Positions 1 to 11,049 are shown, counted from the stretch's first letter. The stretch is DNA of 64,000 bases from an uncultured delta proteobacterium (GCA_963706575.1 CAVPNL010000015.1:465518-529517); one strand, 5' to 3'. Translations and numbers: made by a program. Notes: generated from the sequence alone by a model not told the origin.

Positions 1-217
1 CGGAAATAACGGAAGCTTCAGCCGGATGATCTTTTAATGCCTGACGAACCGTATCATAGACCGGTATCCCGTGGACTTGCTGGCCTTTTTTTCCCGGCGT
101 AACACCGGCCACCACACGGGTTCCGTAATCAACCATGTCTTTTGTAAAAGTGGCTGCCTCACGCCCGGTTATGCCCTGTATGATGACTCTGGTATTTTGA
201 TCAGCTAATATCGCCAT
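1..217 (-). CDS. sucD: Succinate-CoA ligase alpha subunit-like CoA-binding protein (5' part; runs off window start)
   Basis: Hand translation [45 protein letters not shown] has the QGITG and GVTPGK motifs of SucD; directly downstream of the beta-subunit gene. Confidence 0.8.
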   Translation of the reverse strand, partial: MAILADQNTRVIIQGITGREAATFTKDMVDYGTRVVAGVTPGKKGQQVHGIPVYDTVRQALKDHPAEASVIS

Positions 218-255
218 CTTTATCCCTTTTTAAAGTATTTTAAATGCGCAGGAAA

Positions 256-1440
256 TTAAAGCTTTGATTTTTCGACTGCAATCCGAGCGGCATCATCAAT
301 GGATATCGTACGGTCACAATATGTGACGCCGTATTTGTTCAGGATCTTGAAACCTTCTTCTTCCCAGGCACCGGGGATGCGAAAAACGGCCACGGTTTCA
401 GAAGGTACTTTCCCGGCTTCCAGAATGCCCTTAATGATTCCGCGGGCGACCAGATCAACCCGGGTGTTGCTCACCACATTCATGATGATCGCAATTGTTT
501 GAACATTGGGCTTTGAAAGAATCAACTTTGTCAACTCGGCAACCTTTTGAACCGACGGATTGCCTCCGATTTCACAATAATTTGCCGGCACCCCTCCATG
601 GGCACGAACCGCATCAAAAGCAGTCAATGAAGCCCCCCCGCCACCGATGATCAAACCCATGGTGCCATCGAACTCGATCATGCGGCCGGCCACGCCTCGA
701 TGGTCGATCTGATCGATCTCTGCGGCTTTACGTTCAAATTCAGTAACATTACGAGAAGCTTTGAACCGGCTGTGATCCTCCCCCAGTTGAACGAACTCCT
801 TGTGTCGAAAAGTGGCATCATCATCAATTTCAAGATGGCAATCCAGTGCAATCAACCGGCCATCGCCGGTTCGTGCCAGCGGATTGATCTCAGCCAGTGT
901 TGCGTCATAATCAATAAAAATTTCTGCCAATTTCGAAAGGATTGCAGCCAGGCCCAGCAGTTGTTTGCCGGTAACACCGGTTTCAGAAATAATTTCTCGG
1001 GCCCGGTACTGTGGCAGTCCGGATCGCAAAGAAAAGGTTTCTTGAGATACCTTACCCGGTGTACTGGCAGCGATACCCTCGACGTCCACTCCTCCCTCTT
1101 TGGAAAAAATGGCAAGCGGCGCCTTTGTGACGGTATCGTAAGTAACGGCCATGAAAAATTCCTCTTCGACCGCCAGTTTCTCTTCAATCAGGATCTTATT
1201 GGCTTGATAACCTTTCAGTGGTGTGGCGAGCAGATGTTGCATATGGATTTTAGCATCATCGTATGTTGCCGCCGTTAGAATTCCACCGGATTTGGCCCGG
1301 CCACCGATGGGAATCTGGGCTTTTAGCATGGCCGGATATTTGATATCCAGCGGATCATCTTTTGAAACGACAACACCGGTGGGTGTTGTAATTTTGTATT
1401 TCCTTAAAATTTCTTTAGATTCAAATTCCAGTAGTCTCAT
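256..1440 (-). CDS. sucC: Succinate-CoA ligase beta subunit-like ATP-grasp protein (diverged; acyl substrate uncertain)
   Basis: KAQIPIGGRAKSGG, EINPL, GGGGAS, PANYCEIGGNP motifs; start taken at MRLLEFESK after a GGAGG SD. Confidence 0.8.
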   Translation of the reverse strand: MRLLEFESKEILRKYKITTPTGVVVSKDDPLDIKYPAMLKAQIPIGGRAKSGGILTAATYDDAKIHMQHLLATPLKGYQANKILIEEKLAVEEEFFMAVTYDTVTKAPLAIFSKEGGVDVEGIAASTPGKVSQETFSLRSGLPQYRAREIISETGVTGKQLLGLAAILSKLAEIFIDYDATLAEINPLARTGDGRLIALDCHLEIDDDATFRHKEFVQLGEDHSRFKASRNVTEFERKAAEIDQIDHRGVAGRMIEFDGTMGLIIGGGGASLTAFDAVRAHGGVPANYCEIGGNPSVQKVAELTKLILSKPNVQTIAIIMNVVSNTRVDLVARGIIKGILEAGKVPSETVAVFRIPGAWEEEGFKILNKYGVTYCDRTISIDDAARIAVEKSKL

Positions 1441-1777
1441 CAGCCCTCCATTTGGTCGATTGTCGACTATTTGCATATTGGTTGATTGGTGTCAAGAAAA
1501 ATAAGCCGGATGAAAGCGCTTAGCGCCCGTCCGTCACCGGCATGTCTGGGGAGACGGATGTCTACTTTTATTCAACTTGACTTTCCCACTATTTTACTGA
1601 TATTCAACCCCTGTTTGAGTGAAAATTTTTAATAATAACCAATAGATTCCGGATTGTTTGATGGGTAGATCGGCTATGATTCAAACGTATTAAATGCCCC
1701 GCTTCTTTGAACGAGAGCGGGGTTTTATTTTGAAAAGGGGAACAGGCCGATTAGTTAACTTATTAAAATAAGGAGGT

Positions 1778-2203
1778 ATGAGGATGAAGAAATTGAAAAA
1801 AGTGATCCCAATCCTGATTTTGTGTCTGGCTATGGGTGTCTGGCTTGCTGGCTGCGCCGGCAAAGGTGCGCCTGAAAAGACCAATTGTGATGCCAGCATC
1901 AAATGGGATGTGACTGATCAGGCCAAGCTCACCCAGTTTGACTGTGCGGTGGGCAAACACGGCGGCCAGCCATCTTTGATTTTTACCATCGGCATCGAAA
2001 ATCCAACCGAACAGCCCTATCGGTACCGGGTCAACGTTTTTCTGGAGGACATGGACAAAGCCGCCGGACATTACGTGCCGCGCAAAGGCAAACCACCGGT
2101 CGTAAATCCCGGCAAAACAGAAACCGTCAAGATCCCTTTTATCGGAACCGACCAATTGTCGAAAAAAGTCCTGGTAGTGGTGACGACGATGAGCCGGGAT
2201 TAA
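1778..2203 (+). CDS. Hypothetical lipoprotein, first gene of the TAXI-TRAP operon
   Basis: AGGAGG SD; basic N-terminus, hydrophobic stretch and LAGC lipobox. Confidence 0.7.
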   Translation: MRMKKLKKVIPILILCLAMGVWLAGCAGKGAPEKTNCDASIKWDVTDQAKLTQFDCAVGKHGGQPSLIFTIGIENPTEQPYRYRVNVFLEDMDKAAGHYVPRKGKPPVVNPGKTETVKIPFIGTDQLSKKVLVVVTTMSRD

Positions 2204-2250
2204 ATTGAGATCACATCAAATGATAGCAGATATGAAGGAGGAAGTTTAAG

Positions 2251-3234
2251 ATGAAAAAGCTGAATATGAAATGTGTCCTTGCGGGCATTTTTATTTTATG
2301 CACGGTTTTATTGATCAGCGGTCCGGCTCTGGCCCGCACCGAATTTATTTCCCTCGGAACCGGGGGAACCGGCGGTATTTACTATCCCTACGGCGGCGGT
2401 GTGGCAGAAATCTGGAACCGGCATGCCCCCGGCGTCAGAGCGGTAGCCGAGGTGACCGGGGCCAGTGTCGAAAACGTCAAGCTGGCCCATAAAGGTGAAA
2501 CCGTCATTGGGGAAGTTATGGGTGATGTGGCGGTGGACGGTTTTAAGGGTCTCACCAAATTTAAAGGCAAAAAACACGATATCCTCTCCATGGCCATCAT
2601 GTATCCCAACCTGCTGCAAGTGGTCACTCTTAAAAAATACGGGATTACCAATATTGAACAGATCAAAGGCAAAAAGATCAGCTCCGGCAGTCCGGGCAGC
2701 GGCACCAACTTCATGGCCGAGGCCGTGTTTGAGGCCCTGGGCATACCGAAAGATTCATACAAAGACAGCCGCCTGTCTTTTACCGAAAGTGCCAATGCGT
2801 TGAGAGACGGCACCATCGAAGTGGGGGTGTGGTCCGTGGGACCCGGAACCAGCTCAATTCTGGATCTGGCCACCACCCATGATATTCACATCATTAATTT
2901 TACACCCGAACAGCAAAATAAAATTTTGGCTACCCGAAAAGAATATTCGGCGGTGGATCTGGCCGGCGGTGTGTACCGCGGGGTGGACAAGGCCGTACCT
3001 ACCATCGGTGTGTGGAACGTGATGATTTGTCAAACGGGTCTGAGCACAGACCTGGTCTATAAGCTCGCGAAAGCCCTATATGAGCACCAGGACTATCTGC
3101 TCAAGATTCACCCGTCGGCCTCGTACACGACACCTGAAAATGCGGTGAAGTACTCACCGATTCCTTTGCATCCGGGCACGATCAAATATCTGAAAGAAAA
3201 GGGTGTCGCCGTGCCGGCCAAGCTGATGCCGTAA
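2251..3234 (+). CDS. TAXI-family TRAP transporter solute-binding subunit
   Basis: GTGGTGGIYYPYGGG, TGASVEN, GSPGSG and PIPLHPG motifs; signal peptide. Confidence 0.93.
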   Translation: MKKLNMKCVLAGIFILCTVLLISGPALARTEFISLGTGGTGGIYYPYGGGVAEIWNRHAPGVRAVAEVTGASVENVKLAHKGETVIGEVMGDVAVDGFKGLTKFKGKKHDILSMAIMYPNLLQVVTLKKYGITNIEQIKGKKISSGSPGSGTNFMAEAVFEALGIPKDSYKDSRLSFTESANALRDGTIEVGVWSVGPGTSSILDLATTHDIHIINFTPEQQNKILATRKEYSAVDLAGGVYRGVDKAVPTIGVWNVMICQTGLSTDLVYKLAKALYEHQDYLLKIHPSASYTTPENAVKYSPIPLHPGTIKYLKEKGVAVPAKLMP

Positions 3235-3777
3235 ATGAAAGAATCGACCGGGAAAAGCCGGCTGCCGCTGATGGTGGCAGCCGGCCTGGTAGCTGTCTTT
3301 TTTTTGGTCAGCTGGCGCGTACCCGGTGGTCTGGAATTAACCGTTACACCGCTAAAAGGCGGTCCACCGCTGCTGACTCTGCCCCTGCAGCCCGGTGAGC
3401 GCTTTACCCTGCATTATTATCATTCGGTCGAAAAGGCCCCGATCTGGGAAGAGCACAGCCTGGACACCGCAGGCCGTATTTACATTGAAGAGGAGCGCTA
3501 TTTGAAATTCGGCGCCGGCATGGGCCGCATGCCCGGTGTGGGCCGCATGGTCCGGCGGGGCAAGTATGAGGTTATCGAAGATATGCACATGCCCACCGGG
3601 GATTTTGTACTGCGGGTGGGCAGCCCCGGTGTCGATCATACCGTTATCTGGCGCGGCCGCCGTAAAAACCTGTCGGCAGTGGCCCCGCACGCAGCGGTCC
3701 AGTTTTCCGCCCGACCTGTGAGTTTGTTGTACAACCTGTGGCGTCGAATAGTACCGCATCCGGCAACGCCAAAGTAA
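3235..3777 (+). CDS. DUF1850-like protein associated with TAXI-TRAP systems
   Basis: FTLHYYHSVEKAPIWE and FGAGMG motifs; lies between the TAXI SBP and the permease. Confidence 0.8.
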   Translation: MKESTGKSRLPLMVAAGLVAVFFLVSWRVPGGLELTVTPLKGGPPLLTLPLQPGERFTLHYYHSVEKAPIWEEHSLDTAGRIYIEEERYLKFGAGMGRMPGVGRMVRRGKYEVIEDMHMPTGDFVLRVGSPGVDHTVIWRGRRKNLSAVAPHAAVQFSARPVSLLYNLWRRIVPHPATPK

Positions 3778-3793
3778 CGGCCGGAGCACAAAA

Positions 3794-3948
3794 ATCGTGG
3801 TGGAAGCCACTCCCACAGCTATCGGCAATCAGCGCAGATTTCTCATGTTCTTATCGAAATAATTTGTGGGAGCGGCATATTGCCGCGATACTCGAGTAGG
3901 GTCGGCCATCGTGCCGACCAGACCAGCGGCCACTGTGGACCGCCCTAT
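3794..3948. repeat. Cluster of four REP-like palindromic units (GTGGGAG/GTAGGG type) in alternating orientation
   Basis: tgtgggagtggcttccaccacgat (-, 3794-3817), tgtgggagcggcatattgccgcgat (+, 3865-3889), gtagggtcggccatcgtgccgacc (+, 3896-3919), atagggcggtccacagtggccgc (-, ~3926-3948). Confidence 0.6.
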
Positions 3949-4002
3949 GCCAACACTTCAAATTCAGATCGAACGTTACGAAAACCTCGCAAGGAAATTT
4001 TA

Positions 4003-5925
4003 ATGGCGAAGCCTGAATCAGCAGAAACCAAAACCCCCACTGCCTGGCTGATTGCCAAAAGCCTGACAATCATCGGTGTGGTCCTTAGCCTTTTTCAGCT
4101 GTATACTGCCGGTATGGTGGCCATGACCGCCATGCGCCACCGGTCCGTTTTTTTAACCTGCATTCTGGCAATGACCTTTTTAATTAAACCCCTGTACAAA
4201 GGGGCCCGTAAAGATAAATTAAACTTTGCTATGGTTGTCGATCTGATTTTAATCGCCATGACGGTTTTCATCGGGCTTTACATTTTTATCGATTTGCAGG
4301 GCATCTTCGAGCGCCAGGGGGACTGGAGCCCCTGGGATTTTCGGGTGGGCGTTGCACTGGTGATCCTGGTGCTGGAGGCCACCCGCCGGGTGATCGGTTT
4401 GAATTTAACGATCATTGCCATTATGGCTCTGCTTTTTGGCTATTTCGGCCCCTGGATGCCGGAGCTGATCGTTCACAAGGGGTACAGTGTCGAGCGCATC
4501 GCCACCACCCTTTCGCTGACCACCGAGGGTATCTTCGGTTTGCCCCTGGGGGTGGCATCCACCTTTGTTTTCATATTCATCCTGTTCGGGGCCTTTCTGG
4601 ATAAAACCGGGGCGGGCAAATTTTTTATCGACCTTTCTTATTCCATTACCGGGCGCTTTTCCGGCGGCCCCGCCAAGACAGCGGTGGTGGCCAGCGGGTT
4701 TATGGGCTCGGTGGCCGGCAGTGCCGTGGCCAACGTGGTGGCCACCGGATCCTTTACGATCCCCATGATGAAAAAAATCGGCTACCGCAAACATGTGGCC
4801 GCGGCGGTGGAAGCCGCCGCTTCGACGGGGGGACAGCTGATGCCGCCCATTATGGGTGCCGGCGCCTTTCTGATGGCTGAATTTACCCAGACGCCCTATC
4901 TCGAAATCGTTAAAATTGCATTTATTCCGGCGGTACTTTACTTTTTTTCGGTCATCTTGTTCGTGCATTTTGAGGCCCAGAAACAGGGTATCTGGGGGCT
5001 ACCAAAGGACCAGTTGCCGAACATCGTTCAAACCCTTAAAGCGGGGATTCACTTTATTATCCCGGTGGCCATTCTCATTACCGTGCTGGTCATGAACTAC
5101 AGCCCGATGATGGCCGGATTTATTGCCATTTTAGCCGTATACTGCACCGCCTTGATACGCAAAGGCTCCCGGATTTCTTTTGCCACCCTGATTAAGACCC
5201 TGGAACAGGGGGCCCGCAACGCTATCGTTGTAGCGGTGGCCTGCGCGGCCGCCGGCATCATCGTGGGGATTGTGAACTTAACCGGCACCGGGCTGCGCTT
5301 TTCTTCTCTGGTGGTTTCGCTTTCCCAGGGTATTCCGCTGCTCGCCCTGTTACTGGTCGCATTGACCTCTCTTTTTCTGGGAATGGGATTGCCGGTGACG
5401 GCTTCTTATATTGTTTTGATCATTCTGGCCGGCCCCGGACTCATGGATCTGGGGATACCGCTGCTCACCGCCCACATGGTGGTTTTCTGGTACAGCCAGG
5501 ATGCCAATGTCACGCCCCCGGTGGCCCTGGAATCCTTTGCCGCCTCCGGAATTGCCGGTTCAAGCCCGATGAAAACTGCGTTTACGTCCTGGAAACTGGC
5601 CAAGGGCCTGTATATCATTCCCATCATTATGGTCTACCATCCGCTGCTTTTAAACGGGCCCACCCCAGAGGTCATCAAAACGGTTATTTTTTCGGTTTTT
5701 TCGATCATCGCCTTTGTGGTCTGTATGGAACGTTATTTTCTAACACACCTGACCTGGCCGGAAACGATTTTGCAGGGCGCCAGCGCCCTGTTGCTCATCT
5801 GGGCCAATCCGACTTACAATTATATCGGTCTGGTCATATTCATTATCCTGGTCGTTTATCAAATTATCCACAAGAAAAAACATCCAGGACCGCAACCGCC
5901 ACCATCCAAACCATCTCCAGTGTAA
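4003..5925 (+). CDS. TRAP transporter 4TM/12TM fused permease
   Basis: LEATRR, GGPAKTAVVAS, EAAASTGGQLMPPIMGAGAFLMAE and TPPVAL motifs; start moved to ATG 4003. Confidence 0.93.
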   Translation: MAKPESAETKTPTAWLIAKSLTIIGVVLSLFQLYTAGMVAMTAMRHRSVFLTCILAMTFLIKPLYKGARKDKLNFAMVVDLILIAMTVFIGLYIFIDLQGIFERQGDWSPWDFRVGVALVILVLEATRRVIGLNLTIIAIMALLFGYFGPWMPELIVHKGYSVERIATTLSLTTEGIFGLPLGVASTFVFIFILFGAFLDKTGAGKFFIDLSYSITGRFSGGPAKTAVVASGFMGSVAGSAVANVVATGSFTIPMMKKIGYRKHVAAAVEAAASTGGQLMPPIMGAGAFLMAEFTQTPYLEIVKIAFIPAVLYFFSVILFVHFEAQKQGIWGLPKDQLPNIVQTLKAGIHFIIPVAILITVLVMNYSPMMAGFIAILAVYCTALIRKGSRISFATLIKTLEQGARNAIVVAVACAAAGIIVGIVNLTGTGLRFSSLVVSLSQGIPLLALLLVALTSLFLGMGLPVTASYIVLIILAGPGLMDLGIPLLTAHMVVFWYSQDANVTPPVALESFAASGIAGSSPMKTAFTSWKLAKGLYIIPIIMVYHPLLLNGPTPEVIKTVIFSVFSIIAFVVCMERYFLTHLTWPETILQGASALLLIWANPTYNYIGLVIFIILVVYQIIHKKKHPGPQPPPSKPSPV

Positions 5926-6122
5926 GGTTTTGTTCAGTAAATTTGACGCCCTGTCTATAAAATTAGACGCTTTTACGACACCCGGTTACCGCTGCCGGTT
6001 ATCCTTCATTCTAACCTGCTGAAAATTCACAACTTAATATTATCCGCCCGTTTCTGGAATACTTCTTGCTTTAATTCAAGGATTGCCCGAAAATTATAAT
6101 ATGAAACTTTGCACAAGGAGAT

Positions 6123-8990
6123 ATGATGAAAAAAACAATACCTTTCGTGTTTGCCGCTATGATGCTTCTGTATGGAATCAGCTGCCCGGCCGCGGAACTC
6201 CTTGAGGTCATTACACCGGGCCACAAGGCCAAGCTGACGCATCAAGTAATCAATGAAAACAGCCTGCTGGTATCGGTTAAAGATACGCAGAACAATCCCA
6301 TTAAAGGGTTGAAGCTTGAAGATTTTGTAATCAAAAGCGGAAAAAGAGAAGCCCAGATCCAGTCCATCGAAGCCCTGGAGACCAGTGAGTCGGTACCGTT
6401 GAACATCGTGCTGGTAGTGGACAATTCATTTTCAATGAAAGAGCGCAGCGCCATCAAACCGCTGCTGGCTGCGCTGGACGAATTTTTAAACAGCCTGCGC
6501 CCCATCGACAACGTCTCCATCGTTGTTTTCAATGCAAAAGACGGCATGAACGTCAAAGCCTACCGGCTGCATACCAAAGCCGCCAGCTCAAAATCGATAC
6601 CGGAGTTGAAGCAGTTTTTAGATGAAGCCTTTGACGAAGGATTGACAAGCACCACCTATCTTTACGAAGCCATGGTGGCCGGCCTCAGTCTCATCCGTAA
6701 AATGCCCCCGGAAGACAATAAATTTCTGGTGGTTTTCTCCGATGGCGAGGACTTGAACAGTGATTTTAAAAGCTATGTGGTTGAGTCCGAGGCTCACGGG
6801 ATCCGAAACCTGGAAATCTTTGCAGTCGATTATATGCCCCGCAAAAAAATGGATACGTTTCTGAAATCCTTTACCGAAGCACACAATGGGCAGATCTGGA
6901 AGGCGCAATCCGCCTCTGAGCTGCTGCCCATATTTAAATCTTTTTCGACTACCCTGCTTTACCGTTACGTGGTCAATTACCGTTTTTTTGAGCCGCCCAG
7001 CGGCACAGTAAGCCTGGAGCCGGCGGCGCTAAATTTTGACATGCTGACCCTGCTGGATGGAACTCCGGTAACCAATCAGATCTTTTTTGAGACGGGTCAA
7101 AGCGAAATTTCCGATGGCTATGTGCTTTTGAAAGACCGCGCGCACACTGCCGCTTTTAACGAGAATGTGTTGACCAACTCTCTGGACCGCTACAAAAATG
7201 TGCTGAACATTGTCGGCCGGAAGTTAAACGAGATCCCGGAAGCCAATATCCGCATTGTCGGCTGTAACTCGGATAGCGGCATTGAGATTGGCAATCTGGA
7301 TCTTTCCAGAGCCCGCGCCGAGACCGTAAAAAATTATCTTTCCTCTATCTGGGGCATTGCCGGCGATCGCATGAACGTCGAAGCGCGTAATTTGCCGGAA
7401 AGGGCGGCACCGGCAGACGCGCTGGGAAGCCGTCCGGAAAACCAACGCGTTGATATTATATATGACTCCAGCGACATGCAGGCAATGGCCGCCAATCAGT
7501 TTATTGCCGAAAGCAGCAACCTGACCAAAATAAAGATCCTCCCCCAGATTCTGGCCGAATACGGGGTGGCCGATTGGGAGCTGAACATCCAGGGGGATAA
7601 TCAGACGATCAAGAGCTTGACGGGTGCCCAAATACTCGATCCCGTATTGGTCCTATCTCTGGATGATATCGGCCGGGATAAACTGGCGGCCTGCACCAAC
7701 CTGCAGGCACGCATCAAGGTGACCGACACCAATCAAGACACCTATGAGACGGCAACAGCCTTGTGTCCGGTTACGGTAACCCGTAAACAATTGATCCATG
7801 AGATGGTTGCCCCCCCCAAGGGAACCGTAGCCATTCTACCCGAAACGCTCACCATCGAAGAAGTGACAACCATCGACAGTTCCCCCCTGCTAAATTACGT
7901 TTTTTTTGAAACGGCTCAAAGTGACATTCCTTCCCGCTATGCGACCCTTTCCGGCCAGGCCGAAACCCGGTCATTTAGTGAAAGCAAATTAAAAGACACG
8001 ACCGAAAAGTATGCGCATACCCTCAATATCATCGGTCGCCGTCTGCGCGATAATCCCGCAGCGCATATTAAAATTGTCGGCTGCAACTCCGACCGCGGGG
8101 AAGAGCACAACCGAAAGGACCTTTCCCGCAGCCGCGCCGAATCGGTTAAAGCATATTTAAAGTACATCTGGGGCATCGAAACATCCAGAATGGAGATCGA
8201 AGCTCGCAGTCGACCCGCGGTTGCCAGTGCCAGCAGTGTCGCTGAAGGCCGTGCTGAAAACCAGCGGGTGGAAATCTACTCTGAATCCCCGGCTATTCTT
8301 GACACCGTCAAAAGCACCTACGTAACGGAGATCAGCAACAGCGAAGAAGTTAAGATCATGCCGCAAATCCGAACCGGTTATGAGCTGGAACGTTGGAGCG
8401 TTGCGCTGATAGGTGATGGAACGCTTATCGACTCTACTGCAGGACAGGGCGATTTGATGCCGGTGTATCCGTTTAATTTGAAAGCGCTCGGTTTGGCTAA
8501 AATCGGCGGATATGAAAATATCGGAGCCGATATTGAAGTCGAAGACAGAAAAGGCCGGACCTATAAGACCCATGCCAGCACCAGCGTACGCTTTATCAAA
8601 CGCGAAGAGCGCGTCGCTAAAAAAGAAGGCTATAAGGTCATGGAAAAATATGCGCTGATTCTATTTGACTTTGACCGTGCCGATATCAAAGACCGCAATC
8701 AGGCCGTAATGGATCGGATTATTGCCCGAATCAAAGAGGTTCCTACCGCAACGGTCAGTATTGTCGGCCATACCGATACCATCGGTAAAGAAGCTTATAA
8801 CGTCGATCTTTCCAAGCGTCGGGCCAAGGCCGCATTTGAAATGATCGTTGCCGGTGGCGGTGTTAACAGCGGCAATATTTCCTATGAAGGCGCCGGGCCC
8901 CATAACCCGCTGTTTGACAATGAGCTGCCGGAAGGCCGGGCGCTAAATCGCACGGTAACGGTGACGCTGGAATACGAACGACAGGAATAA
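6123..8990 (+). CDS. Secreted protein with a VWA domain and three OmpA-like peptidoglycan-binding domains
   Basis: Signal peptide; MIDAS-like VDNSFSM and FSDGED; two internal LSRxRAExVKxYL...GRxENQRV repeats; C-terminal GHTD...LSKRRA...GRALNRTV. Confidence 0.85.
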   Translation: MMKKTIPFVFAAMMLLYGISCPAAELLEVITPGHKAKLTHQVINENSLLVSVKDTQNNPIKGLKLEDFVIKSGKREAQIQSIEALETSESVPLNIVLVVDNSFSMKERSAIKPLLAALDEFLNSLRPIDNVSIVVFNAKDGMNVKAYRLHTKAASSKSIPELKQFLDEAFDEGLTSTTYLYEAMVAGLSLIRKMPPEDNKFLVVFSDGEDLNSDFKSYVVESEAHGIRNLEIFAVDYMPRKKMDTFLKSFTEAHNGQIWKAQSASELLPIFKSFSTTLLYRYVVNYRFFEPPSGTVSLEPAALNFDMLTLLDGTPVTNQIFFETGQSEISDGYVLLKDRAHTAAFNENVLTNSLDRYKNVLNIVGRKLNEIPEANIRIVGCNSDSGIEIGNLDLSRARAETVKNYLSSIWGIAGDRMNVEARNLPERAAPADALGSRPENQRVDIIYDSSDMQAMAANQFIAESSNLTKIKILPQILAEYGVADWELNIQGDNQTIKSLTGAQILDPVLVLSLDDIGRDKLAACTNLQARIKVTDTNQDTYETATALCPVTVTRKQLIHEMVAPPKGTVAILPETLTIEEVTTIDSSPLLNYVFFETAQSDIPSRYATLSGQAETRSFSESKLKDTTEKYAHTLNIIGRRLRDNPAAHIKIVGCNSDRGEEHNRKDLSRSRAESVKAYLKYIWGIETSRMEIEARSRPAVASASSVAEGRAENQRVEIYSESPAILDTVKSTYVTEISNSEEVKIMPQIRTGYELERWSVALIGDGTLIDSTAGQGDLMPVYPFNLKALGLAKIGGYENIGADIEVEDRKGRTYKTHASTSVRFIKREERVAKKEGYKVMEKYALILFDFDRADIKDRNQAVMDRIIARIKEVPTATVSIVGHTDTIGKEAYNVDLSKRRAKAAFEMIVAGGGVNSGNISYEGAGPHNPLFDNELPEGRALNRTVTVTLEYERQE

Positions 8991-9193
8991 AAATATCGAA
9001 ATTGAGTCCGCGGGCCCGTTAAGCCCGTTGAGCCGGTAGAACAAAAATAACATCGAATGAATAATAATCGATAAATACCTCGCTTAAATGATATGCCCGT
9101 TCAGAGCCTGAGTTCAAAACGGCGTTTTTCAAAAGAACGGGCGAAACATTGCTCGGTCATTGCTCGATTATTCAATCCGATACACCCCGATTC

Positions 9194-9995
9194 TTAACGG
9201 AGATCCTTAATCCAGGATGGATTTTTAAACCAGTGATCACTTCAGCTGTCGTAACTGGCCGCTGCCATCGAGCATTTTCATGTAGTTGTTCAGCCAGTTT
9301 ATTAACAAGGTGTCTTCTTTGACGGCGATCCCCAGGGGCTCAAAGGTGAGGCGCGACTGTCCGGCAACCAGCCCTTTTTCCTGATAACGGAATGCCGTAA
9401 AGGCACAGAACGGATAGTCGGCGATCAGCGCATCAATTTTATCCTCAAACAATAGGCCCAGGGCTTCATCGTAGGATTTGGCGGTCACCAGCTTGGCCTG
9501 GGGGGCGGTCTTCTCAACAAATGACTGGCTGGTAGAGGCTTTAAGGGCGGCCAGTTTAAATTGCGGATCATTTAGACTTTCAGCGGCCTGCAGGGTGGCA
9601 ATCGTCTGTGTTTTGGTCAGCATACCCTTGCCGGAAATGTAATAGGGACCGATGAAGGCTACTTTCAGATTGCGCTCCGGCGTCATGGTCATGCTGGACA
9701 AAATCATGTCAATTTTATCGGCATGCAGGGCCGGGAGCAGTTCCGCAAACGGCATGGTTTCAAAGTGCACTTTTACGCCCATGCCGAGGGCGATTCGTTT
9801 GGCGATATCGGCATCCAGACCGATAATTTTACCATCTTTGGTGGTAGCGTTCAGGGGCGGTTGCGTGCCGGTCGTACCGACGACCAGTTCACCTTTTTTC
9901 AAAATGCGGTCCAGTATACTTCCCGCCGGTGCACTGGCAACAAACGCCAGTAGCAGCAGCGATACAAGTGTGGCAATAAATATGGTCTTTCTCAT
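9194..9995 (-). CDS. Amino-acid ABC transporter substrate-binding protein (SBP family 3); probable 1-nt indel near 9241
   Basis: GELVVGT...QPPLN...GLDADIA and TPERNLKVAF motifs; the ORF stops at 9237 but an adjacent frame continues SDHWFKNPSWIKDLR* to 9194. Confidence 0.85.
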
Positions 9996-10065
9996 CGATG
10001 TTCTCCTCTGTTTAAGGTTTGATGTGGATCGTCAAGATAGTTGAAATTCTTCGGTGATGCAAGAA

Positions 10066-10590
10066 CTAATCTTCAAGATGAAAGCGGCTCAGATAATCTT
10101 CAAGTCTGCGCCTGGCTTCCTTTGACAGTTCGGGGCAGTCCGGGGCGGCTTTGACACCCTGCGCCAGGCGGGTGGCAAAGACCAGGCAGGTGGGCGCGTT
10201 GCATTTTCGGCAGTTGGTTCTGGGCAGCCATCTGAGGATCTCAAGGATGCCGGGCCTCGGAAATCCTTCAAAGCGAGGCTCAATTTCGTAGCGCTTTTCC
10301 CAGGCCGTGTTGATCTCTACCATCAGCCAGCGCAAGATCTTTTCAGCTTCATCCTTATCCTTAAGGGCGTTAATGGCAATCTTGCGCGGATGAAGTGTAA
10401 TCAAGCGTCCCCGGGATTTAAGAATTAAGGCCGGCGGATCTTTTAAATAGTCAAATCCGCCCAGTTGGGAATTGAGGTAAGGCAATACATCGGAGATATC
10501 CTGCTCCAGGTGCGCAATGCAGTGCAGCGACTCGAATTCCGGATTCTGCTCCGGCCTGAAAATTTCAGTTTTGTATCCCTTTAGCAGCAT
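10066..10590 (-). CDS. Fe-S cluster-binding protein (C-terminal 4Fe-4S FeS domain)
   Basis: LPRTNCRKCNAPTCLVFA...CPEL (CxxCxxxxC...C). Confidence 0.8.
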   Translation of the reverse strand: MLLKGYKTEIFRPEQNPEFESLHCIAHLEQDISDVLPYLNSQLGGFDYLKDPPALILKSRGRLITLHPRKIAINALKDKDEAEKILRWLMVEINTAWEKRYEIEPRFEGFPRPGILEILRWLPRTNCRKCNAPTCLVFATRLAQGVKAAPDCPELSKEARRRLEDYLSRFHLED

Positions 10591-10851
10591 TGCCGACCTT
10601 CCATCAGCATTTCATTTATTTTTACAATAAATGCCCTCCCGGTAAATATCAAAGCGGCATCGGCAGGTCAAACACTTCACGAACCCGGGCATTGTCTATC
10701 ATCCTAAAAGCCTTGACCATTGCAAAGATGCCATGATATTAAGCAGTTAATGCCAGAAAAATGCGAACCCCATTAAGGGATTGTCATGAATCCAAAAAAT
10801 ACAGCCCCGTTATTCAGATAGAAAGGCGGGGTTCTGTGTTTAAGGGCGCTT

Positions 10852-11049
10852 ATGAACACGCTATCGTTGGATATGGTGTTTAAGCTCTTAGGAACCCAGA
10901 ACATACCGGGTTCCCTAAAAGAATTGGAAATTCTGTGTATCCGGGTTTCAGAACTGGTCGAACTCAATGGTGAGGAGTGGATCCGTGAAAACCGGCAGAA
11001 GCTGATCGACGAATGGTACTATATTGTGCGTCAGGGAATCATCCACTAG
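10852..11049 (+). CDS. Small hypothetical protein
   Basis: 65-aa ORF with protein-like composition in otherwise intergenic DNA. Confidence 0.5.
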   Translation: MNTLSLDMVFKLLGTQNIPGSLKELEILCIRVSELVELNGEEWIRENRQKLIDEWYYIVRQGIIH

